A DNA stretch of 64,000 nt from Octopus bimaculoides (taxonomy: Eukaryota), in NCBI RefSeq assembly GCF_001194135.2, contig NC_068982.1, positions 129,815,548 to 129,879,547 on the forward strand, written 5' to 3'. The notes under the pieces are model-generated. The model ran no database searches. It had not been told where the DNA came from and saw only the letters and a list, made by a program, of their open reading frames with translations. Shown one piece after another: positions 25,601 through 39,842 of the stretch. Position 1 is the stretch's first letter; each line of letters starts with the position of its first letter. Both the position numbers and the translations under genes were made by a program.

Positions 25601-28379
25601 TACTTTAGCATGAGCAACTGTAGATACTATATTGCTCATCAGACTTACTATGTGACACAATTTTAGTTAAATACATCATGAACATGCAGAAGAAAGTCAT
25701 CTTTCTGACAGTCTTCAGACCATGGTCTATTACTGTACAAGGTACTCAATGCCCTTTTCACCACTAAAACAACAGACTTTGTTGTTTCAGCTTGTTAGCT
25801 CTACTCCATCCCACTAATACTGTACAACTCTTTGTTCCTCATCATCTACATTACCTGTAAATATTTGTGCTGACCAGACTATACGCAATACCTTACACTC
25901 TTGGATATAATAAAATTCCAGTGGATCATTTATAAGAACCATTCTTTTCAATTATGTAGAATTTAACCTATTGTGATAAAACAAAAATTCTAGAACTTGA
26001 AACATCATTTTCCGTTAAAAAGCAAATTGTTTTTGGGAGCATGTAAAAAAAATATATAAAAAGCATAAACTAGTTCATTCATCAACTATCAGATAAGCTA
26101 GAAGCTATTTGCTCCTGTGATTAAAATGGATTCTCTACATCTTTTCTTGAAATAGAGAGTTACACTAATCTTGCCTCGTGTTCCTCGGTTTACCCCAAAT
26201 AAAATTTGTCTGATTACTAAAAGAGCTAATAATTACAGAAAAAAAGGACGAAAATTAACTTTAAACTGGTTAAGAGAGTCATCTCTAAGAAAACTTGTTG
26301 ATGTATAAAAGTGGACGTTAAAACGACGACAATGATTATATATATAACAGAAACTAACAAACCTTTTCAAATTTCGAAGCTAGAATCTTAGAAAATGATT
26401 CATTTGAAAATAAATAAATAAACTAAAAAGCAGTAAACGTGAATGGCTCTTAAAAGTTTAAATAGCCTACATGAACACACACTAGTATATTGTAAGGAAA
26501 GAATGATTTTAAAAATACAAATTACTGATCAGTGACTAACTCTTTTTCGCAAATAAGAATACTTGACAAAATGAAAGTATTTAGTATTGCACTGTGTTTC
26601 ATTTTCTGAACATCGGAAAATGCTTATGTAATTTTTAAAGGAAGTAAATGTAATTACAAATGCAAGCCAAATACATTTATGGTTTGCAAGCTAGTCATCA
26701 CTGGTATTGAAAAGGTTGAGAAAATGTTCTTAGACAAATTCTATGATATAAAGAAAGAAAGAAGAAAAAAAAAACGTTTTTGTATATGAAAATATAATTA
26801 TACAAAGTGGTAACCCAAAATAAGAGGTTAATGTTAAGTCCCAGGTCAGTTCTGACAGAGCAGAACTATGTTCAAAAACCTATTCCAGCTATGACCACCC
26901 TGTCTTTTCAAATATGCAGGAACCCATTATCCAACATTTGTAGATTGTGAGTGAAGAGAGATTTTACTGTTATTTCTAGCCAGTGCAGTGACTCCGAAGA
27001 CGTTCCCTCGTTGGCTCGAAAATAAGGTTTCCTAAAGAGGTTTGAGAAAAATCCGTCTCTGTATATATATTCAGAGTTACAATGTTCAAGCAGTTCTTTA
27101 CTCGTGCCTTTCTGATACCAAGGTGACTCCCCTAGAATGGGTGAGCATTCCGTTATTATTGGGGATCAAAGAATTAGGCTACCTATTGATCGCTAATTCA
27201 AAAGGTTTCCGGACTCCTGTTAACTAAATCAATGTAAATTATTCCAGGCAAAATGAATAGAAAATTGAGAAATCCAAGACTTTAAACCGTTCAAATTGAA
27301 AAAATAAGAAGAAATTAACAGTAATGTGGAGTATATTGGAGGGAAAAAAAAATTCCAAGTTGATTTAGATTTGTTACTCATAAAATCCGAGCTCATATAT
27401 CTCTAAATACTTTAAAATAAGAAGTTTGAAAATACAAATTGAAATAAAACGTCAACACAACACTCAACATTAAAACTAGAAATGATTCGAACACGATAAA
27501 TATCGACATATAAAAGATATAATATAGAAGAGATCAAATATGAAGACTTACAAATATCACAGAGTAAATTTGCACGAAAATATTCATCAACCTATTTTAA
27601 AGTCATACCATATAACTATATCGCCGTAATTACATAAGGAAAACATCACGTAATTAAAATAAAGAGCTCTTAACCTAAAATACTAAGATTTCTTCAAACA
27701 ACAAGCACTACTAACTGGAAAATGAACAAAATAACTCCACAGTAAATATATAGATAGCTAAAATGTTAAGCATCTGTAGGGATGGAGTTCTTCATAATGT
27801 TTTACAAGAGATGATTGGTGGGACAGTTTCTATCAGACACAGTACTTCATAGTTTCAACATCAAAAGAAACGAAAATGAGTGAATATAAATATAAACTTT
27901 ATCATTATCGATCGACGAATATTTAAATTGGGTTAAATGAACTGAATAGAAGAAGTTTATATTTTATATGCACGTGGTTTTTAGAATGTAGATTAAACAA
28001 ATTACAAAATGAGTAAATTCTTTATTCTATATAAGTAAATAGTTGTTCCTCATTGTGGAACACTATTTGAGAATTGTCTGAGATACAACTGAAACCTGCA
28101 AGTTGTTAGTCAGCCTGAAAGAATTTGAGAAAAATGTCTAGCTTAAATTGTAATAACTGTTTTTGTAGTTTAGTATCTGATCTTTGTTTTAATTTAAAAA
28201 CGAATATCAAAAGCTCAATCATATCAAAATAAAAGTTTAACTTTATAAACTAAAAGCTTTTAAAAATGCCCACAAGAAATTACTAGTGCCAATGGGTTAT
28301 TGACACCGATGACTCCATTCTTGCAAGTGTTCATAAAAGAGCTATTTATTTTCATTTTTTTCTCTTTTGAACAATGATG

Positions 28380-29250
28380 AGATAACATAAAAAGAACAAT
28401 CAAAACAAAAACGCCAGAGAAACGCATTTATTTTATATTGGTGCTTCTATGGTGTTGCAAGAAAGAGTTTGTCCGAGAAACCTACTTGAATACGTCCCGT
28501 GTTGTTTGTAGAATCCTATAATTTACGCTCGCTTTCATCGTATTGAAATAACAGAAAAAATCACTGTAATGTTTTACTCCTAATACACAATCATTACCAC
28601 CATATTTCGTATAAATGAAATTCCAGTAAGTAGTTAGTACACAAGCAGGCAACAATTTCTTCCTTACCCCAACATTTAGCGAGAACAAGCTTTGCTTTAT
28701 TACCCGGGATAGTTTTTAGGAGTAGAAATCTACATGTACCATATACACACGTAAACTGAGGGGAAAGCCGGAGAGAAATAAACAACACAGAGGAGGCACA
28801 GTTGCTGTTAATTAAATCTTAATTGATTTCTCGATGTCGTCTTGGTTTTATTAAGAAAGTAAAAGTCCTTCTGTAGGTTGTTACGATCCATGAAAATAAG
28901 CAGAACTAACAGAAGCTAATCAGTATTTTAACGCAACCGATCTCTCGAGCAACAGGCGACGAGGTTTCGGTGCATTAACATCGATATTACACATTTTAAT
29001 ATCAATAAAAAGAGGTGAAAATAATGTACATACGCATTCGGAAGGACAATCACGCGTCTTAACTTCTTTAGAATCCTCTGATACCTCTTCACCACTCTCC
29101 TCCTCAGATAGTCTCCTACGTCGACGTCTTTCCGCCATTTTAGCTGACGATTTTTACCTAATGCCACACCAACCTCGATTGTTACCGTTTGATCACGCGA
29201 GACTTATATTTCAGTGATAACTTGTATTCCGGCCTATGAGATAAGGATAA
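28380..29250 (-). promoter_or_regulatory. CpG-retaining promoter/first-exon region of CASC3
   Basis: CpG dinucleotides are visibly frequent here and rare elsewhere; surrounds the start codon. Transcription start not determinable. Confidence 0.55.
29034..29138 (-). CDS. CASC3: CASC3 coding exon 1 (MAERRRRRRLSEEESGEEVSEDSKEVKTRDCPSEC)
   Basis: ATG at 29138; N-terminus resembles human MADRRRQR...SEC; donor TGC|GTATGT at 29033; 105 nt, ends phase 0. Confidence 0.9.
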
Positions 29251-30903
29251 CCTGACATCCATTTTGATCAGGGCAGAACTAGTTTTACATTCTCTTAGCA
29301 GAAATTCTAACGGCAGAAAAAGAACAACAATATCCATAATGATAAAAAATACTTTGGTTTTTTACTTTAAGAATAATTATGGAAATACATTAAAGCATAA
29401 CTGCATTATTCAGTTTGAAAGTCACGCAAGAAACCAACAACTTTGTAATCATTAGCAGAACATATTTTTGAGGTGCTATTAGAGTTTGTAAAGTAAACTG
29501 AAAATTTGTATTTGAAGAATTCCCAAGAAAATTTCAGAAATTTTCTTAATACAGTTCTGATTTGGCATTCATACAATTCTGCCAGTCTTGTAATATGTTC
29601 ATAAGATATGTCTATTAACTCTCAGGAATTTTACACAAATTTTATAAGAAACTAAAATAAAAATGTTCATATCCAACTTAACAAAAAAGTTTCTAATTTT
29701 TTTTTTTTACAAGTTAATATAGGTTGGATAATTTTGAAGATTTGTTGAATAAGGATTAACAATTACTGTTTTGTTGTTGTGTGACCTTTATAAAATCAAT
29801 CCCTTAAATATAAAAAAAAAATGTATGTATACCCATTCAGCTTATTGATCAGATCAATTTGAGTTCAACAAATATAAATTTAACTGAAATGAATTATCTT
29901 CAGTCTCTACTACAGTTATCACATTTATTGCATACATCAGTTGACCTAATTTATTTTATTAAATCCTAAAATTTAAACTGTCTGTTTGAAAACACTACGA
30001 TCCATTGTAAGTGATTCTTATAAAACTTCATAGATACTAATTTTTCTGGTTATAGTTGTTGCTACTATTTCCAGTCAGTTCTTTTCAAATACACTGATAC
30101 TACAGACAGTTTATTGACTAAGTAAGATCACCAGCTCACCAATGTAACACTAGATATACAGTACTTGAGTCTGGTCAGACAACTCCATCATGTAAAAAGT
30201 ATTTTTAGATGCAGTATGACTGTCAAGACCTCTCACATTCAGTTTACTATTCAGTCTATACATACAAAATTTTTTATGATGACTGCAACAGAGAGAGGCA
30301 AGCTAGATTTGGTCAGTGGGAGAGAACTGAGGTCTTTAAGAATTTATTACAGGTGCATGGCAACCTAACACAGTTTTTGGCAATGATACTGGAGACAAGT
30401 TAGTGTGAGTATGCATATGTCTGTGGTTTATGTTTATCTAAATCAGACAGAAGAAGATTGTGATTTCTGGAAGGTGTTTGCAGAATGATGGAATGTTGTT
30501 AGTGCATGTATGCATTTGTAAGTATTTGTACTTGCAGAATGAGTCTGCACATGGAATAAACATTGTAAACATGTCTCAAGCTAATCTTTCAATTATATTT
30601 TGAATATTGTAATCAGTGGGTGTGTGTAAATTGTTATGGTGTAGAGACATTGATTTGTTAAGTATGGAATTTGTTACAGTGTAGAAAAGAGAAATTTTAT
30701 TCTCAGTATTAAAACTGATGGACCTCATATATTGTTTGGAAATCCCTGATAGATTTTTTTTATCAACAATTAGACTGCTGTTTAGATAATTAATTGTGTT
30801 TTCACTTTGTCAGTTGTCTTCCAGCTATTTTATGAATGTAAGATGTCTTATAAGATTTGCAGGGCTGGAGAAGTGTTCAGGGTATTAAAGTGGTCATAAC
30901 ATG

Positions 30904-31266
30904 AAAATAAGAGCACTTAGAGTGTGCAAACTTCTGTCAAGGCAATACCAATGTTTAGCCAGAGATGATTTTTAAAATGAGAATATTTGAAATAAATTAT
31001 TGCTCTCATAAATGAGAATACTAAAAATGAATCTGACTGCTCTCAAAAGTTAAATGAAAAACACAGGAAAAATAATCCAGAATCCTTGTCTGGTACTGGA
31101 TCAATCCCCAAATCGAATCAGTTTGTGCCATTCATGAGGCCAAATATCCCTGAAAGTTTTATCCGAATCCATCCAGTGGTTCTTGAGGTATCTTGTCCAC
31201 AAACAAACAAACAAACAAACACGACTGAAAACAATACCTCTGCCTTCGCTAAAGCGGAGGTAATAA
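30904..31266 (+). mobile_element. Unclassified non-autonomous element with (CAAA)n tract and 3' hairpin
   Basis: Ends acaaacaaac..gaaaacaataCCTCTGCcttcgctaaaGCGGAGGtaataa; no TIR or TSD seen. Confidence 0.45.
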
Positions 31267-34200
31267 TTGACTTTTGATAACATGAAAGTAATAGACTGTC
31301 CAAATACATGTTGGAATTCCTTCCCTAACCTCAGTTCAAGGGAAAATGTGGTATAACATTTGTCACTATATTAACTGTATCAGAAGAAAGACATATAGTC
31401 CAGCCATTCATGGTCTAAGCTCTACTCCAGATTTCCTGTCATGTTTAATTTCATTAGCTTTTTCCTTGGCATTCACAGAGTAAGCTCAATGTCACAACAA
31501 AATACTTGTCTTACAAAGTGATATAAAAATGCTCACACACACACTCGTGCAAACTGAGTAGAGTATGTTTCACTGAGGAAGTATAATAAAACTGAAACAT
31601 GCCCATCACTTTCATCAGTTGCCTTTAAAGATGCGGTGCACTCCAACCTGTATCATGTTACAGCCAAAGAATTTTGATTAACTGATCTTATTGAAGTTAC
31701 CTCCCTTATTTTGTTGTTTTTAGATTTTGAACACCCCCTAGGAGATTCTGACTACTAATTGCTTGGATAATACCAATCATTCACATTTTTTTTTAACTCA
31801 CTATATTACATGTATATGAGACTGCATGTTTCAATTTTAGAGTCATGATTATTTTTATATATTGCTTTTAAAGTTGAACTATAAGAGGAGAAATGAAATA
31901 ACCGCTTCTATATTCTGGTTACATAACTTCAAGAATAATAGATTTTTATGTTAAAATATTATTGCTCATTAAATATTAGACCATGTTTGCTAGTCATTGT
32001 TTAACCCAAAGAGAACTTTGAGCATACCTAGATTCAAAAACATTCCAACTGCAATCATTGACTTTTTGTGTGGTATTTACCACTATATTATCCCATATGT
32101 CTTTTTGCATTTTGAAATAGTAAGGTGTGATTTGAGAGGAGATTTGCCTGCTATTACCAGCAAGGTGAGCCACCATGCAGAGGCTCTGCCATTGATTCAA
32201 AATGCAGTACTTCATTCAAGTTAGTGACTTATTATTAGAATTTTTTGAATATTGATCAGTTTCTTTTCAGTGTGATCATCTGAGAGTTGTCCTTTAGCAT
32301 TTGATCAACTATATTCTTGATACAGGACTGCTTGACTATTATAAACATTAATTTTGGCAGGTTCAATAGTTACATTGAAAAGAAAGAATACAAAAGATAA
32401 TACAACTTGTAATTGTTTAGTAGTGAATGATTGAGAGCATGACAGCGTATCCACGTTAAACAAAAACCATAAACTATCCTGATAGCTCACCAGATGTTAA
32501 TAATTTATGTTATTGGAGAAAGTTATAAAGAAAATATAATGACTGGAGTATGAAAAGAGTGGAAGAACTTTGATGATCTGTTGCTCCTGGTTGTAACAAA
32601 GAATTAATTTTTATTGCTATGTGAAAAGAAGAATATATGAAGCATGTCTAAGAAGTGTAATGCTGTGTGGAAGCAAAACACTGATGTTATATGTGAATGA
32701 TCTGTGAAGACTGAAGATATGTGAAACCTTAAACAGATTTATAAAGATGATGTTGATGAGGATGATGAGGAAGAGGAAGAGGAGGGGAAGAAGAAGATAG
32801 GTGGTAGAGAAGCAGGAGGACAACTGGCAAGTGAAACTTAAGATATCATTGAGAACAGTAACACTCACAGCTGAATGAAAGTCATTTAAAATATTACAGC
32901 AGTATATCATGTAGGCATAACAAACAGATACAGACAAATGGAATCTTCCATCTGAATGCAATTCTTCCATTCATAAACTAACAATTTACAACAAGTATTA
33001 TTTTATGTCAAAAAATGAAAAAAACATTGATCGACTTGTTTAAGGTTTCATATCTGCTTAAGAAATTACTGTTGTATACATCAGTGACATGTGTTTGTCT
33101 GTTATAGTCAGTTTGAGTATCTTCATCTGCAAAGTTCCTTGCTAATGTGATGGCTTGCACAAGGATTTTTGTGGAAAACTAGCAGTTGTTCCTTTTCTAT
33201 GTCACTGTTGTTGTCTCAGAGAAAGGCTTGGCTGATATAGTTTGGTATAAGTGTTGATGCAGGTTTTGCCTTTGGAATGCAAAGAGCTGGATTAGATATA
33301 TCATGATATCCCATTGACATTCTAACAGTTCCATCAGACCTCCATTTTCAACTGGTACTTTATTTACCAAAAGGATGAAACGCTAAATTGATCTTGGCTG
33401 GATTTGAACTCGATGTGCATTGAATCAGAAAAAAATTAACAAGTCATTAATTTAGGTTCAGTCTCACTGTATGACATGAGTGGGGTTGGTGGGTGGAAAT
33501 TGTATGTATGTATGTATGCATTCATGTATGTATGTATGTGCGTGCATGCATGTGTGTGTGTGATAGTTGTAAGTGAGCACAACTGTCATATAAATGAGGT
33601 TCATTTCAAATCTTCCATGAAAACATGTCTGGTTATGGGAAGATATTATCTTGCTTGAAAGCAAATGACGGCTGACAACATGAGGGGTATCCAGCCGTAA
33701 AAAATTTGCTTCAATGAATTCCATCTATGTAGGTAAGCTTAAGCTTACCTACATAGGATTGACAAAGACCAAAATAGCAGTAATTCCCAATTCTCATTAT
33801 TAATATAGAGAAAAAAAAAAGAAAGGCTGCATCAGTAATTTGGTTTCATCTCTGAATTGGAATTGATTTTCTTGTTTTGTTATTATCTTAAGAAAGACAT
33901 AGGCATCACACTTCCCAATGCCTTCATATATTCCCAAGAAACTATATCTCAAGTTGCTTGTATGTTTTTCATACACATGAATTTTTTCAACTGAAACAAG
34001 TTACTTGCTCCGGTTTGTTGCCATAATGACAAACAATATCTTAAGATGTTTCAAATGAATGAATAGTTGTACAATTTCATTCTCATATCTTACAATTATT
34101 ATCTTATTTCTTCTCTTACATTAAATTTCTTTTTTTTAAATGTCCACTCTTATCAAGTTACTAATGAAGAAATCTTGAAATGAATAACTCTAAAATGCTT

Positions 34201-34924
34201 ACCAGCAAAGAAAAGGTGGGTGTGAAAAAAAATGATAATGATAATGATGATGGTGATGACAATGACGACAAACTAGGTGAGCTGAGCTGAATTGGGTTAA
34301 GCTAAATGAGTTGTTCGTGGCCATAACACTTCCATTGTAAAAAAAAAAAAAAAAAGAAATCATCATCATAAACCATGATAATGTTAGGATGGGAAAATGA
34401 TCTAATCTGTCTTTATGTGACATCAAGAAATGTAAGAGACCTTAATAAATCTTGCACCATACCATGTTATTTCTCTCTACAAAAATGATGGTGGTGGTGG
34501 TGGTGATGGCAGCGATTGTTGTGGTGATTGTTGCTGTCGTCATCATCGTTTTTGTGATGATGATGTTCATAATGATGGTATTGATAACGATGATGACAAC
34601 AATGAAAGTAGCTGTGGTGCCAAAGAGGTTACCAACAATGATGACCAGTAAGTAGGATACAGGATATCATCAGAGCAGTAACTCTAATAATACTTGTGGA
34701 AAAGCATTTGCAATATTCCCCTTGTAAACATAAGGACACAGGAAATGTGTCAAGGCTGGCAGGAAGCGGGCAGCTTCCTAGGTCTAACCAACAGTAGTAT
34801 TATTCCCTTCAGGGGGACTGTCACATTAAGTTGACAGCATAAAACTACTTCATCATATCACTACTGCATAAATCTCTCTGAGAGATTTAGAAATGTATTA
34901 TTTCCATTTGAAATACTGTTTTCA

Positions 34925-35130
34925 TCTCTTGGCACAAGGCCAGAAATTTCTGGGGAGAGGCTAAGTTGGTTATATAGGGCCTAGTGCTCAACTGGTACTT
35001 ATTTTCTCAACGCTGAAAGGATGAAAGGCAAAGTTGACCTCAGCAGAATTTGAACTCAGAACTTGAAGACAGATGAAATGCCACTAAGCATTTTGCCTGA
35101 CATGCTAATGATTCTACCTGTTCACTACCT
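34925..35130 (-). mobile_element. tRNA-derived SINE copy
   Basis: Colinear with 39612-39842; same family also at 50770-50995, 52880-53080 and 55110-55310. Confidence 0.75.
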
Positions 35131-38100
35131 TAAAGAATTTGAAATATTACATAGATGTAACAAACAGAGTCTTCTATTTGAATGCCTTGTTCCAGCCATA
35201 AACTAGTCTCTATTTCAAATCAGATGTTATGAATTTGTCAGTTTGTACCTGTTCTATAATAGAAGAGTAAGAAAGACACATTCCTTTCATTTTTGGAAAG
35301 TCATCTTCTACAAGTGATCCTAATATTATACCACATAATGCTGAAAATATATGTTCTAGTTATGTAACTCCTATAGCAGGGATTGCATACAGCTCATACA
35401 GTTACAGCTTTTAACTTGATGGGAAGTTGTTAGGAAAAGCTGTTTGAATACCAGTTGGGTTTCACTGCAACTTAACAATTTTGAAATAGCTTTTGTTATC
35501 TCTAAATAGAAATGACTGACATTTGTCGTAATTGCAACGATGTCCTGCTAATTTCCTCACTGCTATGTAGAATCATGAGGTGTGATAAACTCAGGAAAAT
35601 CGAAGCATGTTTCACCTGATGATAAGATATATCATAATCAGGCTGTGTAGTTAAGAAGTTCACTTTGTAACCACAAGGTTTCATGTTCAATCCCACTACA
35701 TGATAATTGTCTTTCATTGTTGGACTGACCAATGCCTTGCGAGTGAATTTGGTACATTGAAACTGTGTGGAAGTATGTTATGTGTGTGTGTGTGTTTGTA
35801 TTTATGATTGTTTATGTACAACTGGACAACTGCAGATTGATTTATTTATGTCCCATAACCTAGCAGTTTGGCAAAAGAGAATGATAGCATAAGCACCAGA
35901 GTGCAAATAAGTACTGGGGTAAATTCATTCAACTAAGCAGGTACAGTGGTACTCCAGTATGTCCATAGCCCAACAACGGAAACAAAAAAAAACTTATTTA
36001 AAAGGAACTACGAAAAAAAATTAAGTTTATTGATTTCTTTCTCAAATTTCTAAACAAATATTTCAGATCAACTTTCACAATACTTTGTAGTTTTGTTGAA
36101 ATAAAGATGAACATTTTTGCTACCATATTTCTGATGGGCAAAACTTTGTTTCCCTGATATGTAGAACAAATTAATATGAAATTTTGAAAGAAAGTTTTAA
36201 TCTAGATTTCTAAAAACCATGGAGTTTGTATCATAGAGCCAGACATGGTCTCAAACAGGTTACTATCCAAATGGTTAATAGTTTAGGTACAAGGACACAA
36301 ATCTTGCAGAAAAGAACTAACAACAAAGTCAGCTCATGTACTTTATTGGTATTTTATTTTATTTTTTGAAGGATGAATGACAAAGTTAGCTTTGGAAGAA
36401 TTTAAATTTAGAACATAAAAGAGATGCAACTAAATACTACAAAGTATTTTCATGTAATGTTGTACTAATTATTCCAGTGTCTATGACATTCTTGTGAGAA
36501 AAAACCCCACAAATTGCAACAAAAAAAGCTATCATTATGAAGATACATGGCCTTGTGGTTGAGATGTTTGGCTCCTGATTGCAAGGTCATAGGTTTGATT
36601 CCTGAAATGTGTAACAGTTTGTACCCTTGTGCAATGCACTTCATTTCACATTGGCCAAGGCTACACAACTGAAAAGGTATACCAGCTATCTCCCCTCAGC
36701 TGTCATATCCACAATATTCATGGTATCAAGTGGGCTTGTGATTGCTTGCAACTACATAGGTATCCAAAACAACTGGCAAAAGCACAGTACATGCATCCAG
36801 GTCATACTTGCTTGCAAAAACTGGCTCTTTTTTTTCATGAACCTATTTCCTTTAATAGTTTTATTCGGATTAATTTTTTTTTCAAATCTTATCATAATCC
36901 CCACCAGTTCTTTTGTCCACTAGCATGTAATCTGTCTTCTGCTGCTTTTAAATATTAAGATGAGCAACAAACTTTGTATTGGGGCAGAATACAGTTAAAA
37001 ATAAACTTATGTGTTGCTTAAATTGTAAAAACTAGAATTTCCTTACTCAAATATATAATGCAATACTTGCAACTTGTGACTTGATATGAAGTTACTTACA
37101 AGCTGAGCCCTGATACACTTATCCATTGCATTTTACTGTTCAGAAATGATCAAGTATTAAACAAAATGTAAGACCTAACCTCATAAGTTTATTTTCCAGC
37201 AATCCATTTAACATTACTTGTGCACTTTCTATAGAAAGTACAGTACAGATAAGCAACACATCCAGAGATACAATACTGACCTTAATGTTGGAAGTTTCAT
37301 ACTCAAACTGGAAAACAAACACGTTCAAGTATTTGATCAGCTTTAATATATTATAAGGAAATAGCAAATAGATATGGTTGAGTGATAAACTAAATGCATT
37401 ACAGCATTTAATTTCATGTCTCTAGATATGTTCAGGAATTGTCTGGGCCTCTCATTGCTTAAGAGTTAATAAAATAAGAACTAATAATATTCAGGTGTTT
37501 ATTCAATCACTTCAATAATACTCAATATTGACTTTTGAAAATTGTTGGCTTGATGCCTGCCAAGTCAAAAAAAAATTTGAATGAAAATTGAGATTTCAAC
37601 TGCAAGGGAGGTAACCCTAAACTATTCTAAATGCCCAACATTTAAAAAAGTAATAACTATGTAAAGTAATTTATTTAAAATCCATAAATTCAGTATATAA
37701 ATACATCCACTTCATAAGGTACATAACTGGAGCATGGCTAGGGATGGGGGTTGAGAAGTAGAGAGGTAGATATATTAATGTACTGACCTATCGTTTTGAT
37801 AGTCTGAGTTCATTATATTTCTTTTGATTTTTTTGCTCTTACAAATTTCTGGCTCTGTGTCAATTGAGGTATGATCTCTCAAGAAGTAAGCTTTTGGTAA
37901 AACAAGTTAGTGATATACTTTTCATTGTTAGTTGAAGCCAATTCATTTGTGTCTTTAATGATCTGGGGAAAGGCATGCATGTTACAACAACCCACTTTTG
38001 CCAAAAACACAGAGCTTTGCATGAGTTATGTATTCATATGTTGTTTCTGAAATGGAAATAATTTAAGCTAAATGAAAGTTAATATTGGTTTCACTTCAGA

Positions 38101-38305
38101 GATTAGTAATTAGAGTTAAGAAGCTCTTCTTAGATGTTATGCAAATTATAACATGGATCACATGATGTTGGCAGTTAGTTTTTTTACATCATATGAAATG
38201 GAGTGACTATATAGTTCACAGTTTGAAGCTCTGAGGACATAGTGAGGACAATACAGCTCAGATTTACACTCTGGGAACATAAGATAATTGACTACTGCTT
38301 TTTTG

Positions 38306-38456
38306 CTACATGTAAGCATCATCTATATATGTATATGTGTATATGGATATATGACCAAATATCTACATGTAAGCATCATCTATATATGGATATATGACCA
38401 AATATCTACATGTAAGCATCATCTATATGTGTATATGGATATATATGGCCAAATAG
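38306..38456. repeat. Three-copy minisatellite (ctacatgtaagcatcatctatat...ccaaata)
   Basis: Direct reading; units of 43-57 bp differ in an internal AT/GT tract. Confidence 0.85.
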
Positions 38457-38988
38457 CTCGGAAAGCGGACGTTAAACAATGATGATGATGATGATATCTT
38501 TGTAATTAAAAAAAATCCTAGTTGTTTTCTTCCATTGTGCAGCAGCATGGGCCAAGTGTCAACACAACCTTAAGAGCAAAATTGGAAAGACAGAAATAAT
38601 GAGGAGGCCCCTTGGATGGACTGTAACTATAATTCAAAGAATCTCATGCTGATTCTGCTTGAGAATTACACTAATGGTACAAGTGTTTGCAAAATATTAA
38701 GCAACTTTCACTATAATGATGAATAGGAAGTATCCTTGAGTGAACAACTGGGACATTCGGAATTAAAACTTATACAAGATTCATTATCATCTCATTTGTG
38801 TGTATGGTTTGTGTAGAATTGAATGTCTTGTGGGTGAATTATTTTTAATCTTAGAAACACAAACTTTCTTTTACAACATTATAGAGTTTAGGGAAATTAT
38901 TTTGCAATAATCGATCTTAGAATCTTTGTCAACTTATGATGATAATGGCAATGATGATGATGATGGTGGTGGTGATGATGATGATGAC

Positions 38989-39308
38989 NNNNNNNNNNNN
39001 NNNNNNNNNNNNNNNNNNNNNNNNNNNNNNNNNNNNNNNNNNNNNNNNNNNNNNNNNNNNNNNNNNNNNNNNNNNNNNNNNNNNNNNNNNNNNNNNNNNN
39101 NNNNNNNNNNNNNNNNNNNNNNNNNNNNNNNNNNNNNNNNNNNNNNNNNNNNNNNNNNNNNNNNNNNNNNNNNNNNNNNNNNNNNNNNNNNNNNNNNNNN
39201 NNNNNNNNNNNNNNNNNNNNNNNNNNNNNNNNNNNNNNNNNNNNNNNNNNNNNNNNNNNNNNNNNNNNNNNNNNNNNNNNNNNNNNNNNNNNNNNNNNNN
39301 NNNNNNNN
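38989..39308. other. Assembly gap (N) within (GAT/GGT/CAT)n simple repeats
   Basis: N run; other gaps at 43811-43917 and 45724-46275 sit in (TA)n. Confidence 1.
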
Positions 39309-39611
39309 ATGATGATAATGGCAATGATGATGATGATGGTGGTGGTGATGATGATGATGACAATGGTGTTGATGATGATGGTGGTGGTGATGATGATGAT
39401 GATGATGATGACGATCATGATGATGATGATCATCATCATCCTCATCCCCATTATCATCGTCATAATCATCATCAATATCATTATTATCCTCAGCAGCAGC
39501 AGTAGCAGCAGCAGGCACTATTTAAATAATCATCAGCAGTCTAAAGTGAAATTTTAGAAAGGTTTATATTTTTCTTCATGCCTTATCATTCTCATATTCT
39601 CCCAAATTCTT

Positions 39612-39842
39612 ATTTCTTTATTGCCCATAAGGGGCTAAACATAGAGGGGACAAACAAAGACACACAAAAGGATTAAGTCAATTACATCGACCCCAGTGCA
39701 TAACTGGTACTTAATTTGTCAATTCTGAAAGGAAGAAAGGCAAAGTTGATCTCGGCGGAATTTGAACTCAGAATGTAAAGACAGACAAAATACCGCTAAG
39801 CATTTCACCTGGCATGCTAACGTTTCTGCCAGCTCGCCGCCT
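39612..39842 (-). mobile_element. Full-length tRNA-derived SINE with 17-bp target-site duplication
   Basis: TSD tattctcccaaattctt at 39595-39611 and 39843-39859; A-box-like GGCGAGCTGGCAGAAACGTTAGC and B-box-like GAGTTCAAATTCC on minus strand. Confidence 0.9.

Larger units (their letters stand above)
375..29138 (-). other. CASC3: CASC3/Barentsz/MLN51 gene span (8 coding exons in window; 3' end lies beyond the left edge)
   Basis: Eight GT-AG-flanked exons join with consistent phases (0,1,0,0,2,2,1,1) into one open frame containing DDDEDRRNPAYVPRRGAFYEHD...KLWKDEGKWQHDRF (Btz/SELOR) and RPKRYSTQRQR. Confidence 0.95.

Noticed and set aside
28482-28788. Two 64-68-aa minus-strand ORFs in intron 1
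   Set aside because: No recognisable motif; explained by the higher GC of the promoter region.
30276-30330. ATGATGA...CTGA box C/D-like pattern
   Set aside because: Only 55 nt, no terminal stem, no recognisable rRNA/snRNA guide and no host gene.
33800-33990. About 63 open codons on the minus strand after a ttgtttcag
   Set aside because: Same length as the many chance ORFs in this window; no homology recognised and no donor.
38938-39361. Identical sequence of about 50 bp on both sides of the N gap and long X-containing ORFs
   Set aside because: Likely scaffolding overlap in simple repeats; ORFs crossing N runs here and at 43811 and 45724 are artefacts.
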